From assembly GCA_905234075.1 (NCBI GenBank), contig CAJOGI010000007.1:19550-83549 (forward strand): a stretch of DNA of 64,000 nt, written 5' to 3'. Source of the DNA: an uncultured Synergistales bacterium. GTDB taxonomy: Bacteria; Synergistota; Synergistia; Synergistales; Aminobacteriaceae. The notes under the pieces are model-generated. The model was not told the origin of the DNA. It saw nothing but the letters and a program-made list of their open reading frames with translations, and did no database searches. The translations under genes were made by a program, and so were the position numbers. Shown one piece after another: positions 8,749 to 18,796 of this stretch (positions are counted from its first letter, which is position 1; each line of letters begins with the position of its first letter).

Positions 8749-10593
8749 ATGTATATAAAAATTTTTAGAGCCTTTATATTTTTAGCTCTGCTTTCTCATC
8801 TGTCCGTAGCCTTCGCGGCATCTCCAATCATAATGAACGGCGATGCGCACGTCGGAGAGCAGGCTGTATTGTCTGTTGAAGCATCTCAAATTCCTGCGGG
8901 CAGTTCCGTTGAATGGTCAGTCAGTCCGACGACAGGCAAGACCCCCGACAGAATTTCATTGAGGGCCGGAGGCTTTGAATGTGCTTTCACGCCGCTGGAC
9001 ACCCAGCCTATAAAAGTTGTAGCGTCTTTCATTGACAGAGGCGGCAATGTTATCTCCAGTTCGGAAAAATTAATAAATCCCAAAGAATTTGAAATTAATA
9101 TCGCGGTCGTTGTAGATAAGCCTTTAACTTTATGGGACGCTTCTAAACGTTCAAATTACGCGTTAAATCCTGATGCTTTAATGGCAACAGCTCCGATAAA
9201 AATACGCGCCGTACTCGTGCCGGAATTTAACGGTCCTCACTCTTTTACTTGGGAGGCTGACGGGGCTACTGCTTTGATGAGCGCGGACGCTAATGAAATT
9301 TTCATAAGGCGCGGAAGCGTCGGAGAGAGTGAAATTTATGTAACGGCGTTCAACTCTTCCGGGATTAAATTAGGAAGCGGAGAGAGCGTTGTAAATATTA
9401 ATATGCCCGTGTCAACTTTTGAAGAGAGCGCAAATAACCGCGAGGCTTGGCAGAACTGGCAGAAAGCTCAGGAATTATGGGAGAGCAAAAATTACGCCGA
9501 AGCTGTAGAGTTTGCAAATAAATCAATAGTTCTTTCGCCGAGAGACACAGAAATAGCCGAAGGCATACGCGCAATGGCTACGAATTACGGAAGATACATG
9601 AAGGCTCAAAAATTGCGTGAGGATGCCGAAAAATACGACGCTGAAAAAAAATTTGAAGAAGCATTAAGAAATCTTCGCGCTGCTAATGTCGTCTGGCCTC
9701 TCGACGACGCACCGGAAAAAATAAAAGCCATTGAGGAAAAACTCAACGAGCAAAGACTTTTACAGCAAGAGGCAAACTGGCTGCGCGATACCGCTTCAGC
9801 TTACGACAACGAGAACATGTACGAAGAAGCACTAGAATTTTATGCTAAGAGTATGGCTGTCATGTCGTCTGACGCTGTAGCGGACAGAATAGATAAAATT
9901 CAAAAGAGGCTTGAATTAATTGCCGACGCTGACAGATACGCAAGCGAAGGAAATACTTACGAACGCGAAGGAAAATTAGATGACGCTCTCACTCACTACA
10001 CCGCAAGCGTCATGAGCAACCCTGACGCAACTTTAAGACAGCATATCGAGGAGCTTCAAAGCGTTATATCGCGCCGTGAACGTCAGGCGAACGCTCTCTA
10101 CAGGGAAGGCCAAGACCTTCAGCGCAGAAACAGATTAAAAGAAGCGTTAGCCCGTTATCAGGAAAGCATGAACCTTTGGGAAAATGACAACGCGAAGCAG
10201 AGAATACAGCAGCTTCGCAACGTGAGACTTGACCCTGATGTAAAATTGCGCGGCCCGGAAGATTTCGGCATAGGCACAAAAATTGAAGCTCAAAAAATTA
10301 TCAAGTCTGCTGACGGGCTTTATGCTGAAGGAAAACTCGATGAGGCTTTAGAACTTTACAGAAGGGCATTAAAAATTTCACCGTCCAACGAATTACAAAA
10401 GTGGGCGGCCCATATTTTTGACATAGTCAAGGAACGCGACACATCAGCGGCGGCAAACAAACAGATTAAAGAAGCAAACGCGCTCTACAGGGCAGGAAAG
10501 ATTAAAGAAGCTCTCGATCTTTACCGCCAGAGTCTGACGATTCACAAGAACGCGGAGATCGAGGAATTTCTCAAAAAGCAGGTGCAGAATTAA
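8749..10593 (+). CDS. secreted protein with N-terminal Ig-like region and C-terminal TPR-like repeats
   Basis: Signal peptide MYIKIFRAFIFLALLSHLSVAFA. Multiple approximately 34-aa helical repeats are present (EEALEFYAKSM, DDALTHYTASVMSNPD, EALARYQESMNLWEND, DEALELYRRALKISPSN, EALDLYRQSLTIHKN). Confidence 0.55.
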   Translation: MYIKIFRAFIFLALLSHLSVAFAASPIIMNGDAHVGEQAVLSVEASQIPAGSSVEWSVSPTTGKTPDRISLRAGGFECAFTPLDTQPIKVVASFIDRGGNVISSSEKLINPKEFEINIAVVVDKPLTLWDASKRSNYALNPDALMATAPIKIRAVLVPEFNGPHSFTWEADGATALMSADANEIFIRRGSVGESEIYVTAFNSSGIKLGSGESVVNINMPVSTFEESANNREAWQNWQKAQELWESKNYAEAVEFANKSIVLSPRDTEIAEGIRAMATNYGRYMKAQKLREDAEKYDAEKKFEEALRNLRAANVVWPLDDAPEKIKAIEEKLNEQRLLQQEANWLRDTASAYDNENMYEEALEFYAKSMAVMSSDAVADRIDKIQKRLELIADADRYASEGNTYEREGKLDDALTHYTASVMSNPDATLRQHIEELQSVISRRERQANALYREGQDLQRRNRLKEALARYQESMNLWENDNAKQRIQQLRNVRLDPDVKLRGPEDFGIGTKIEAQKIIKSADGLYAEGKLDEALELYRRALKISPSNELQKWAAHIFDIVKERDTSAAANKQIKEANALYRAGKIKEALDLYRQSLTIHKNAEIEEFLKKQVQN

Positions 10594-11826
10594 TTGATTA
10601 CATTAGGTTTTTGCAATCTTAAAGGCGGTGTCGGCAAGACTACAGCCTGTCAGAACATAGCGGCGGCATTAGCTCGCACGGGGCGAAAAATCGCGGTCAT
10701 TGACATGGACCCTCAAAGCAATTTGAGTGCGGGTTTCGGAGTAATTCCTTCGCCTACAGATCCGCAGGTCTTTGATTTACTTTCGGGCGGCGCGTCATGG
10801 AACGACATTGTCAGGCACAAAGAAGGCGTTGACATCATTCCCAGCTCGTTAAATCTCGTCATGGCTGAATTGAACGAGACGGGACTTTTTGATGACGATA
10901 CAGTTTTGCGCGATGCTCTGAAAAGTATCTCGCCTGATAAATATGATTATGTTTTTCTTGACAGTCCCCCTCAGCTTGGAATTTTTACAAGAAACGTCTT
11001 GGCCGCGTGCGATAAAATCATTGTTCCTATGGACGGCGGATTTTACAGCCTGTTCGGTTTAAGACTGCTCGAAAATTCTCTTTCAGTTCTGAATGACAGA
11101 CTCGACAACAATCTCGAAATTCTTGGAATTTTGATGACGAATTATAATCCGCGAGTTTCAATAACCCGTCAGATTTTCGATGAGGTTAAAAAAAGTTTTG
11201 GCGATGTTCTTTTTGAAAGTTATATAACTCAAAGCGTCGGACTTATCGAGGCCTCGAGCATGGGGCTTTCAATTTTTGAATATTCTCCGAAGTCGAAGGC
11301 CGCGCAATGCTATAAGGAAGTCGCGGAAGAATTGATAAAGCGCGTGGAAGGAGAAAATGCGCCGTTTGATTTAACTAAAAAGAAAACAACGCGCAAAAGA
11401 AAATCCAAGACTGCTGACGCACCGGCAGAAGCCGAGCCCGTTAAAGAGCCGGAGCCTGAACAAAAACCGGACAACGAAATTATCGAAACGATAATCGAAA
11501 TAAAAGAGCCGGAGCCTATAAAAGTTTCAACGGCAGGCCCGTATGAAGAAAGCATAAAACAAGATTTGCTTGACATGCTGCCGGAAAGTCAAAAAAAGAT
11601 GTGGGCACAAATTCTTGCTCCCATCAGCGACATATCACGCGGAGAAATTGATATTAGACAGCTCCGTGAAGATTTTGAAAGCAGCGACAAAGAACGCTAC
11701 ACATTCTACGTTCTCAATGACGAGGAAGAAAAAATGTTCCCCGTCGCTTTTCCCGATCAGATCGTCGAGCCCATGCGCTGTGTCGTCAAACTTGACGAGA
11801 ACGGTTCAGCCGAAGTCTTTTTTTAA
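10594..11826 (+). CDS. ParA/MinD-family ATPase (deviant Walker A KGGVGKTT) with approximately 150-aa K/E/P-rich C-terminal extension
   Basis: NLKGGVGKTT lies at the N-terminus and DSPPQLG is a Walker B-like motif. The start is TTG directly after the TAA of the upstream gene. The C-terminal tail runs KKKTTRKRKSK...PEPEQKPDNEIIETIIEIKEPEPIK. Confidence 0.75.
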   Translation: MITLGFCNLKGGVGKTTACQNIAAALARTGRKIAVIDMDPQSNLSAGFGVIPSPTDPQVFDLLSGGASWNDIVRHKEGVDIIPSSLNLVMAELNETGLFDDDTVLRDALKSISPDKYDYVFLDSPPQLGIFTRNVLAACDKIIVPMDGGFYSLFGLRLLENSLSVLNDRLDNNLEILGILMTNYNPRVSITRQIFDEVKKSFGDVLFESYITQSVGLIEASSMGLSIFEYSPKSKAAQCYKEVAEELIKRVEGENAPFDLTKKKTTRKRKSKTADAPAEAEPVKEPEPEQKPDNEIIETIIEIKEPEPIKVSTAGPYEESIKQDLLDMLPESQKKMWAQILAPISDISRGEIDIRQLREDFESSDKERYTFYVLNDEEEKMFPVAFPDQIVEPMRCVVKLDENGSAEVFF

Positions 11827-11880
11827 TTAGGAGCTAGGAGCTAGGAAGTAGGAGGTAAGAGCCTAACTCCTAATTTTTTT
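11827..11880 (+). terminator. terminator hairpin built from TAGGAGC/TAGGAAG heptamer repeats plus a T-run
   Basis: The sequence is ttaggagctaggagctaggaagtaggaggtaagagcctaactcctaattttttt. Confidence 0.55.
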
Positions 11881-11894
11881 AAGGAGGTCGTGTT

Positions 11895-14648
11895 ATGAAA
11901 AAATTTTTGCTTTTAATTCTTTTCGTGTCTTTAATTCCGTCAATCTGCTTTGCCGATCCCGCCGGGACTCTGAAAAATATGACGCTTGAGCAAAAAGTCG
12001 GGCAGTTATTTATAATTCGTCCTGACGCGCTCGACACGTCATTGAGCCTCGAAGAAATTAACAATGCAAAAGCAGACGGCGTTAAATCAATGAATAAAAT
12101 CATGCTTGAAACGCTCAAAAAATATCCGGCAGGAGGTTTTGCGCTTTTCTTGAAAAATATAAAAAATCCTGCGCAGTTAAAAAATTTTACGCAAGAGCTG
12201 AAAAATTCAAGCAAATTTTCCCCGTTAATGGCTATTGACGAGGAGGGCGGACAAATTTCACGAATAGCGAACGCAAAAAATTTTAACGTCAAAAAATTCG
12301 AGAGCGTTAATAAAATCGCCTTATCTGGAAAATCACGCGAGGCCGGCGCAACAATCGGAGCTTATATAAAAGATTACGGCTTCAATTTCGATTTCGCGCC
12401 CGTCGCCGATGTTAATACTAATCCCGAAAATATTGTCATCGGCGACAGAGCCTTCGGAGATAATCCTGAATTTGTTTCAAGAAATGTCAGCAAATTTTTA
12501 GACGGCCTGCACTCTCAAGGGATAGCCGGCTGCATAAAACATTTTCCCGGACACGGCGACACTAAAGCCGACACTCACAAAGGCAGCGTAGAAGTTTATA
12601 AAACTTGGGACGAATTATTAAAAGCTGAAATTATTCCGTTCAAAGAAAATTTAGCGAAGGCCGACAGCGTAATGACCGCTCACATTACCATGAAAAATAT
12701 TGACAACATGCCCGCGACTCTTTCACATGAACTCGTTACAAATAAATTGCGCAATGAATTGGGCTACGGCGGCGTGATTATTTCTGACGCGATGATGATG
12801 AAGGCCATTACTGATAATTATTCTTCGTCGGAAGCGGCTGTGCTCGCTCTTGAGGCCGGAAATGATATTATCCTGATGCCTTATGATTATATTGAAGCGT
12901 TTGAGGGAGTTTTGAGCGCCGTTAAATCCGGCAGAATTTCAGAAGAAAGATTAAACGAAAGCGTCATGAGAATATTAAATCTTAAAGAAAAATTAAAATT
13001 AAAATGGTGGCAGAAGAAAGCCGTTTATCAAATTTATCCGAAAAGTTTTCTTGACACTGACGGGACAGGCTTAGGCGATATCAAAGGCATTACGCAAAAA
13101 TTAGATTATTTGAAATCTCTTGATGTCGGCGCGCTGTGGCTTACTCCTGTTTATCCGTCCCCTATGGTCGATAACGGCTACGATATTTCAGATTACACGG
13201 ATATTAATCCAATTTTCGGAAGCATGAAAGATTTTGACGAGCTATTAGCCGAAGCAGAGAAGCGCGGTATAAAAATCGTCATGGACTTAGTATTCAATCA
13301 CACGTCAGAGCAGCACGAATGGTTTTTAGAATCTAAGAAGGACAGAAAAAATCCCAAAGCCGATTGGTATATATGGCGCGACGCTAAACCTGACGGCTCG
13401 GAGCCTACGAACTGGCGGAGCATTTTCGGCGGCAGTGCTTGGACTTGGAACGAGGACAGGCAGCAGTATTATTTACACACTTTCGCGAAGGAACAGCCCG
13501 ACCTCAACTGGGAAAATAAAAACGTCAGACGAGCTTTATATGACGCGGCAAATTTTTGGCTCGCTAAAGGCGTCGGAGGCTTCAGAATTGACGCGATACC
13601 TTACATCAAAAAGCCCGAAAAATTTTTAGACGGCACGCCCGACGGCAAGGACGGCACGGTTAATATTCACAACATGACGGCAAACAGGCCGGGCATTTTA
13701 GATTTTTTGCGTGAGTTCAAGCGCGAAGTTTTTGAAGGAAAAGATATTTTTACGGTCGGCGAGGCTAACGGCGTAAAACCTGAAGAGCTTTCAGAATGGG
13801 TCGGAGAGCGCGGAGTTTTCGACATGCTCTTTGAATTTAGTCATGTTAATCTACCTTTTCAAAAGGGCGAAATCTGGTGCTATCCTCACGAATGGAAATT
13901 AACGGAATTAAAACACGTACTCACTGAAAGTCAAAACGCTACAAAAAATAACGGCTGGTACCCGATATATTTTGAAAATCATGATCAGCCACGAAGCGTC
14001 AATCACTTTTTCCCCGAAGGCGCGGACACTGACAAGGCGGCTAAAGTTCTTGCGGCGGTGTTAATGACTTTGCGCGGAACTCCGTTTATTTATCAAGGTC
14101 AGGAGCTGGGCATGACTAACGTATCATGGAATAATATTAATGATTACGATGACATTTCTTCTCACGGCCAATATGAATTTGCATTGAAGGAAGGATTTTC
14201 GCCGGACGAGGCCATGAAATTTGTACGCTTCTTTAGCCGCGACAACGCACGCACGCCTATGCAATGGAACGACAAAGCAAACGCAGGATTTTCTTTTGAA
14301 GACGTTAAAACGTGGCTGCCCGTGAATGACAGCTATAAAAAAATCAACGCCGAAGCTGAAGAAAAAAATCCCGACTCAGTTTTAGCTTTTTATAGAAAAT
14401 TAAGCGCGCTTAGAAATTCTCACTTGGCTTTAATTGCAGGAGATTATCGCGAAATTTTCCCGGACAGCGAAGAAATTTTTGCGTTTGAACGTTCGTTTGA
14501 CGGCGAAAAAATTACAACGCTTGCAAATTTTTCATTGAAGCCCGTGAAAATTCCTAATGAGATTAAAAAAAGAAAATTAATTTTGAGCAGCGAAAAAAAT
14601 TTTGACGAAGCAGAATTAAAACCGCTCGAAGCAAGAATATATTATTAA
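11895..14648 (+). CDS. secreted fusion protein: GH3 beta-N-acetylhexosaminidase (NagZ-like) domain plus GH13 oligo-1,6-glucosidase/alpha-glucosidase domain
   Basis: Signal peptide present. GH3 motifs are KHFPGHGDTKADTHKG and IISDAMMM. From residue approximately 366 the sequence KWWQKKAVYQIYPKSFLDTDGTGLGDIKGI...DLVFNHTSEQHEWF is the canonical N-terminus of GH13 subfamily 31 enzymes. The two domains are in frame with no stop between them. Confidence 0.7.
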   Translation: MKKFLLLILFVSLIPSICFADPAGTLKNMTLEQKVGQLFIIRPDALDTSLSLEEINNAKADGVKSMNKIMLETLKKYPAGGFALFLKNIKNPAQLKNFTQELKNSSKFSPLMAIDEEGGQISRIANAKNFNVKKFESVNKIALSGKSREAGATIGAYIKDYGFNFDFAPVADVNTNPENIVIGDRAFGDNPEFVSRNVSKFLDGLHSQGIAGCIKHFPGHGDTKADTHKGSVEVYKTWDELLKAEIIPFKENLAKADSVMTAHITMKNIDNMPATLSHELVTNKLRNELGYGGVIISDAMMMKAITDNYSSSEAAVLALEAGNDIILMPYDYIEAFEGVLSAVKSGRISEERLNESVMRILNLKEKLKLKWWQKKAVYQIYPKSFLDTDGTGLGDIKGITQKLDYLKSLDVGALWLTPVYPSPMVDNGYDISDYTDINPIFGSMKDFDELLAEAEKRGIKIVMDLVFNHTSEQHEWFLESKKDRKNPKADWYIWRDAKPDGSEPTNWRSIFGGSAWTWNEDRQQYYLHTFAKEQPDLNWENKNVRRALYDAANFWLAKGVGGFRIDAIPYIKKPEKFLDGTPDGKDGTVNIHNMTANRPGILDFLREFKREVFEGKDIFTVGEANGVKPEELSEWVGERGVFDMLFEFSHVNLPFQKGEIWCYPHEWKLTELKHVLTESQNATKNNGWYPIYFENHDQPRSVNHFFPEGADTDKAAKVLAAVLMTLRGTPFIYQGQELGMTNVSWNNINDYDDISSHGQYEFALKEGFSPDEAMKFVRFFSRDNARTPMQWNDKANAGFSFEDVKTWLPVNDSYKKINAEAEEKNPDSVLAFYRKLSALRNSHLALIAGDYREIFPDSEEIFAFERSFDGEKITTLANFSLKPVKIPNEIKKRKLILSSEKNFDEAELKPLEARIYY

Positions 14649-14666
14649 TTACAGGAGGTTTGTTAT

Positions 14667-16499
14667 ATGTGCGGAATTTTAGGTTACAGCGGCGACCGTC
14701 AGGCAAGCGGAATATTATTGAACGGCCTTGCCAAGCTCGAATACAGAGGCTACGACTCCGCCGGGCTTGCCGTGCTTGAGGACGGCGAAATAAAAATTGT
14801 AAAGAACAAAGGAAGATTGCAGGCTCTCGAAGAAAAAATTAAATCCGGCTATGACGTTTCAGGCACCTGCGGCATAGGCCACACGCGCTGGGCGACTCAC
14901 GGCGAGCCTTCAGAAGTCAACGCCCACCCCCTATGGAGCGATGATATGTCAGTCGTCGCCGTTCATAACGGAATTGTCGAGAACTACAGAGAAATCAAAA
15001 ATAAACTCGCTGAACACGGCTACAAATTTTATTCGCAGACTGATACCGAAGCGGCGGTTAAGCTCATTGATTTTTTCTACAAGCAGGAAAAAAATCCCCT
15101 CAAAGCCATTATAAAAGCTATTAAGAATATCGAGGGCTCTTTTTGTTTCGTTCTTCTCTTCAAAGATTTTCCGAATGAAGTCTGGGGAGTGCGGAAAGAT
15201 CTGCCTTTGATAGCTGGTCAAGGAAAAGGCGAGTCGTTCTTGGCCTCCGATGTCTCGGCAATTTTGCAGGACACCCGTCAGGTTTACTACCTCGACAACA
15301 TGGAAATAGTACAGCTTAAAAAAGGCGTTGTAAGATTTTTTGACATGGAAGGCTACGCGAAGCCGAAGGAACTCAGCGAAGTTACGTGGGACATGAACGC
15401 GGCGGAGAAGGGCGGCTTTGAACACTTCATGATGAAAGAAATTCATGAGCAGGCACGCGCAGTCAAAGACACTTTCGGCTCGGTCTATCATTCAGGGAAA
15501 ATAAATCTTGAGGAAATGAATTTGAGCGATGAAAAAATTAAAAATATCTCGCAGATTTATATTATTGCCTGCGGTTCAGCTTACCACGCCGGAGCAGTCG
15601 CTCAATACGTAATCGAGGACTTAGCAAAAATTCCCGTCCGCATTGAATTAGCTTCGGAGTTCCGATACAGAAATATGCCGCTCGATAAAAACGCTCTTGC
15701 AATAATTATTTCACAGTCGGGCGAGACCGCCGACACCCTTGCTGCTATGAGACGCGCAAAAGAAAACGGGATTAAAACCCTTGCGATAGTCAACGTCGTA
15801 GGAAGCACTATTGCACGCGAAGCCGACAGCGTTTTTTACACAATGGCCGGGCCTGAAATCGCAGTCGCTACGACTAAGGCATACAGCGCGCAGTTAATAG
15901 CGTGTTACATTCTTGCGGTGCAGTTTGCAAAGGTCAGAGGGGAGCTTGAAGGCTCCGAGTATGAAAGATTAATCGGCGAAATTCAAAAACTGCCCGAAAA
16001 AATTGATGAAATTCTCGACGAGAAAGAACGCATCGAAGAAATTGCTTACAAATTCACGAACGCCCGCAACGCTTTTTATTTAGGCCGCAATATTGACTAC
16101 GCTGTCGCTATGGAAGGCAGCTTGAAAATGAAGGAAATCAGCTATCTTCATTCAGAAGCAATAGCCGCCGGAGAGATGAAGCACGGGCCTATAAGCCTGA
16201 TTGAGAAAGGAATGTTAGTAGCAGGAATAATGACGCAGAAAAATCTTTATCAGAAAATCGCAAGCAACATGCTCGAGGCTCGGAGTCGCGGAGGATTTTT
16301 ATTTATCGTTGCGACACGGGGCTGTGAGGCTCTGAAGGAGGAGGCCGATTTTATTTACAACATTCCTGAAACTGATGAGCATTTCGCCGCAAGTCTCGCC
16401 GTTATTCCGCTTCAATTAATGGGCTACTATGTTGCTGTCGCAAGAAAACTTGACGTTGACAAGCCGAGAAATCTCGCCAAGAGCGTTACGGTTGAGTAA
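14667..16499 (+). CDS. glmS: glutamine--fructose-6-phosphate aminotransferase
   Basis: N-terminal nucleophile MCGILGY. Two SIS domains are present. Length is 610 aa. Confidence 0.95.
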   Translation: MCGILGYSGDRQASGILLNGLAKLEYRGYDSAGLAVLEDGEIKIVKNKGRLQALEEKIKSGYDVSGTCGIGHTRWATHGEPSEVNAHPLWSDDMSVVAVHNGIVENYREIKNKLAEHGYKFYSQTDTEAAVKLIDFFYKQEKNPLKAIIKAIKNIEGSFCFVLLFKDFPNEVWGVRKDLPLIAGQGKGESFLASDVSAILQDTRQVYYLDNMEIVQLKKGVVRFFDMEGYAKPKELSEVTWDMNAAEKGGFEHFMMKEIHEQARAVKDTFGSVYHSGKINLEEMNLSDEKIKNISQIYIIACGSAYHAGAVAQYVIEDLAKIPVRIELASEFRYRNMPLDKNALAIIISQSGETADTLAAMRRAKENGIKTLAIVNVVGSTIAREADSVFYTMAGPEIAVATTKAYSAQLIACYILAVQFAKVRGELEGSEYERLIGEIQKLPEKIDEILDEKERIEEIAYKFTNARNAFYLGRNIDYAVAMEGSLKMKEISYLHSEAIAAGEMKHGPISLIEKGMLVAGIMTQKNLYQKIASNMLEARSRGGFLFIVATRGCEALKEEADFIYNIPETDEHFAASLAVIPLQLMGYYVAVARKLDVDKPRNLAKSVTVE

Positions 16500-16529
16500 A
16501 AAAATTTTTCCGTCTTAACTCCTCCCTTC

Positions 16530-17615
16530 TCATTGAATAATTTTTTTTCTGTATTCCGATTCTAAATTAATTTCGTTAAAAGTTTTCATGTCGTTCATAA
16601 CTGCCAGAGCGTCCTCAATAATCTGCATGGCAATCGGACAGCCCGTGCCCTCGCCGAGTCTCATATTAAGATTTAGAAAAGGCTTTATGTTTAATTCTTG
16701 CGCTGCCTCCGAGTACGCAGGCTCAAGCGACATGTGAGACGGTATCATAAACTCACGGCTCAAGGGTTCAATCTTCGACGCAAGCAACGCCGCAGCGATT
16801 GAGATAACTCCGTCAACGACAACGGGAACGCGGTGGACGGCTCCGCCGATAAAAATTCCCGTCATTGCGGCAATATCGAGACCGCCGACGCATGAAAGAA
16901 TTTCAATCGAATTATTTTTATCAGGCTTATGACGCTTGAGAGCCGAAATAATCACGCGCTTTTTTTTCTTGAATGCTTCGTCAGTCAGACCGCCGCCGCG
17001 CCCTACGAGCATTTCACTATAATTTTCAAGTGCTGCCATGATACACGCTGCCGCCGGAGTTGTGTTGCCCATGCCGACCTCTCCCGCGCCTATAATATCA
17101 AAATTTTCGCACTTGGCCTCACGGACTAAATTTATTCCGAAGCCGATAACGCTTTCAACTGTCTCAACGCTCATTGCGCGGACGGGATTTTTATTTTCGT
17201 CAAGGCTCGCAAAATTATTCGTCCCGTCAGGCATAAATTTATAACTTGAGTTAATGCCGGGAGACGAGGAAAGATTTTTTACGCCCAAGTCAAAAATTTT
17301 CAGAGCGACATTATTTTTTTTGCATAGAGCATTAATCGCGCCCCCGCCTGCACCTCCGTAAAGCTGCATTAAAACTTTTGTGAAGTATTGCGGAGAAGCT
17401 GAAACGCCTTCATCAAAAACGCCGTGATCCGAGCCGAATAAAAAATGAATTTTCTTGCTCAATGAATTTTTCACGCGCCCTGTTATTCCTGCGACTTGTA
17501 TGGAAATCTTTTCGAGTTCTCCGAGACTTCCGGCAGGCTTCAATAAATCGTTCTGACGCTGCCGGGCGGCGGCCATTGCTTTTTCATCGAGAGGCTTAAT
17601 AATATTTTTTATCAT
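16530..17615 (-). CDS. cobT: nicotinate-nucleotide--dimethylbenzimidazole phosphoribosyltransferase
   Basis: GMGNTTPAAA motif and typical 361-aa length. Confidence 0.9.
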   Translation of the reverse strand: MIKNIIKPLDEKAMAAARQRQNDLLKPAGSLGELEKISIQVAGITGRVKNSLSKKIHFLFGSDHGVFDEGVSASPQYFTKVLMQLYGGAGGGAINALCKKNNVALKIFDLGVKNLSSSPGINSSYKFMPDGTNNFASLDENKNPVRAMSVETVESVIGFGINLVREAKCENFDIIGAGEVGMGNTTPAAACIMAALENYSEMLVGRGGGLTDEAFKKKKRVIISALKRHKPDKNNSIEILSCVGGLDIAAMTGIFIGGAVHRVPVVVDGVISIAAALLASKIEPLSREFMIPSHMSLEPAYSEAAQELNIKPFLNLNMRLGEGTGCPIAMQIIEDALAVMNDMKTFNEINLESEYRKKIIQ

Positions 17616-17689
17616 GTTAATTATTTCTTTCGTAGCTTTGTGATAGAATAAGGGCTAGCGGTGAGGGAGCTAGCTAACCCTAAAAAAGA

Positions 17690-17900
17690 ATCGTGATTCT
17701 TGTATTTAACGAGTGAACCAGTCTATTAACATTAAGACGGTTCCCACGACCCAGAAAATTGCAGCGGTGATTATGTCAATCCGATCAAAGAGACTTCGCC
17801 GCTGTTTATTTTTGGCTTTTCGTTTGGCCTTGTCAGCCTTGACGCTTTCACCTCAATTCTACAGGGCGGTTCCCCGTTGAATGACGAGTCCCTGCTGTTC
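17690..17900 (-). promoter_or_regulatory. candidate cobalamin (B12) riboswitch in the cobT 5' leader
   Basis: The leader is approximately 300 nt and GC-rich/structured. On the minus strand it contains GGGGAAcc, GGTGAAAG, CAGCGGCG and a CCGCTG B12-box-like element in the order expected for RF00174. The match is imperfect. Confidence 0.35.
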
Positions 17901-17981
17901 GTCTGGGGCTCCCTCGTGAAGGTTATTATATAATAATTATTCAGTCCTCTATAAAAATATCAGACAGGAGAAAAAAAATTA

Positions 17982-18755
17982 ATGCTCATTGCAACTTTCA
18001 ACGTAAATTCCGTCCGTTCGCGTCTGCTGATTTTGAAACAGTGGCTGAACGAAATAAAACCTGATTTTCTTTTCATGCAGGAGACAAAGACTCGAGACGA
18101 ATTTTTCCCGAAAGAATTTTTTGATTTACTTGGCTATCAAAGTTTTTTTCACGGCGAAAAAAGTTATAACGGAGTTGCGGCTGTCGCTAAAAAAAATTTT
18201 ACCGGCATAAAAATTAATTTCGGCTTCAATGACGGCGGAGAAAATAATTTTGACACAAGAGTTTTAACGCTTGAGTATAGCGGCATTACCATTCTTAATA
18301 CTTATGTTCCGCAGGGGAAATCAATCGAACACCCGGACTTTGAAGTCAAGAAAAAATTTTTCGGCCGTGTGAAAAATATTATTGAACTTAACTACGAAAA
18401 AAAATTTTTATGGCTCGGAGACCTTAACGTCGCGCCTGAAGATATTGACGTTACCAACCCTAAGAGCAAAAAAAATCATGTCTGCTTTTGCGACGAAATT
18501 CGGGAAGTTTTTAATGACACGAAAAAAAATCTTGTTGACGTTTTGAGGCTCTTAAATAAAAATCCCGGAGTGTTTACTTTTTTTGATTACCGCGTCAAAG
18601 ATGCTCTTGAAAGGAATATCGGCTGGCGCATTGACCACATGCTTGCTTCGGAAAAACTTGCCGGGCTTGTAAAAAATTGTTATCCTGACATAAGGCCGCG
18701 CCAATGGGACAGACCGTCTGACCATGTGCCGCTGGTCTTGGAACTTGAATTTTAA
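17982..18755 (+). CDS. xth: exodeoxyribonuclease III
   Basis: Xth/APE1 family signatures are present: an N-terminal NVNS segment, LFMQE, LGDLNVAPEDIDV, and a C-terminal SDHVP. Confidence 0.85.
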   Translation: MLIATFNVNSVRSRLLILKQWLNEIKPDFLFMQETKTRDEFFPKEFFDLLGYQSFFHGEKSYNGVAAVAKKNFTGIKINFGFNDGGENNFDTRVLTLEYSGITILNTYVPQGKSIEHPDFEVKKKFFGRVKNIIELNYEKKFLWLGDLNVAPEDIDVTNPKSKKNHVCFCDEIREVFNDTKKNLVDVLRLLNKNPGVFTFFDYRVKDALERNIGWRIDHMLASEKLAGLVKNCYPDIRPRQWDRPSDHVPLVLELEF

Positions 18756-18796
18756 CTTTTACATAAAAATTTTTTTCTTGAAGGAGTAATTAACTG

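Noticed and set aside
14649-14666. Possible glmS ribozyme upstream of glmS
   Set aside because: Only 18 nt separate the upstream gene's stop from the glmS start. There is no room for the approximately 150-nt ribozyme.
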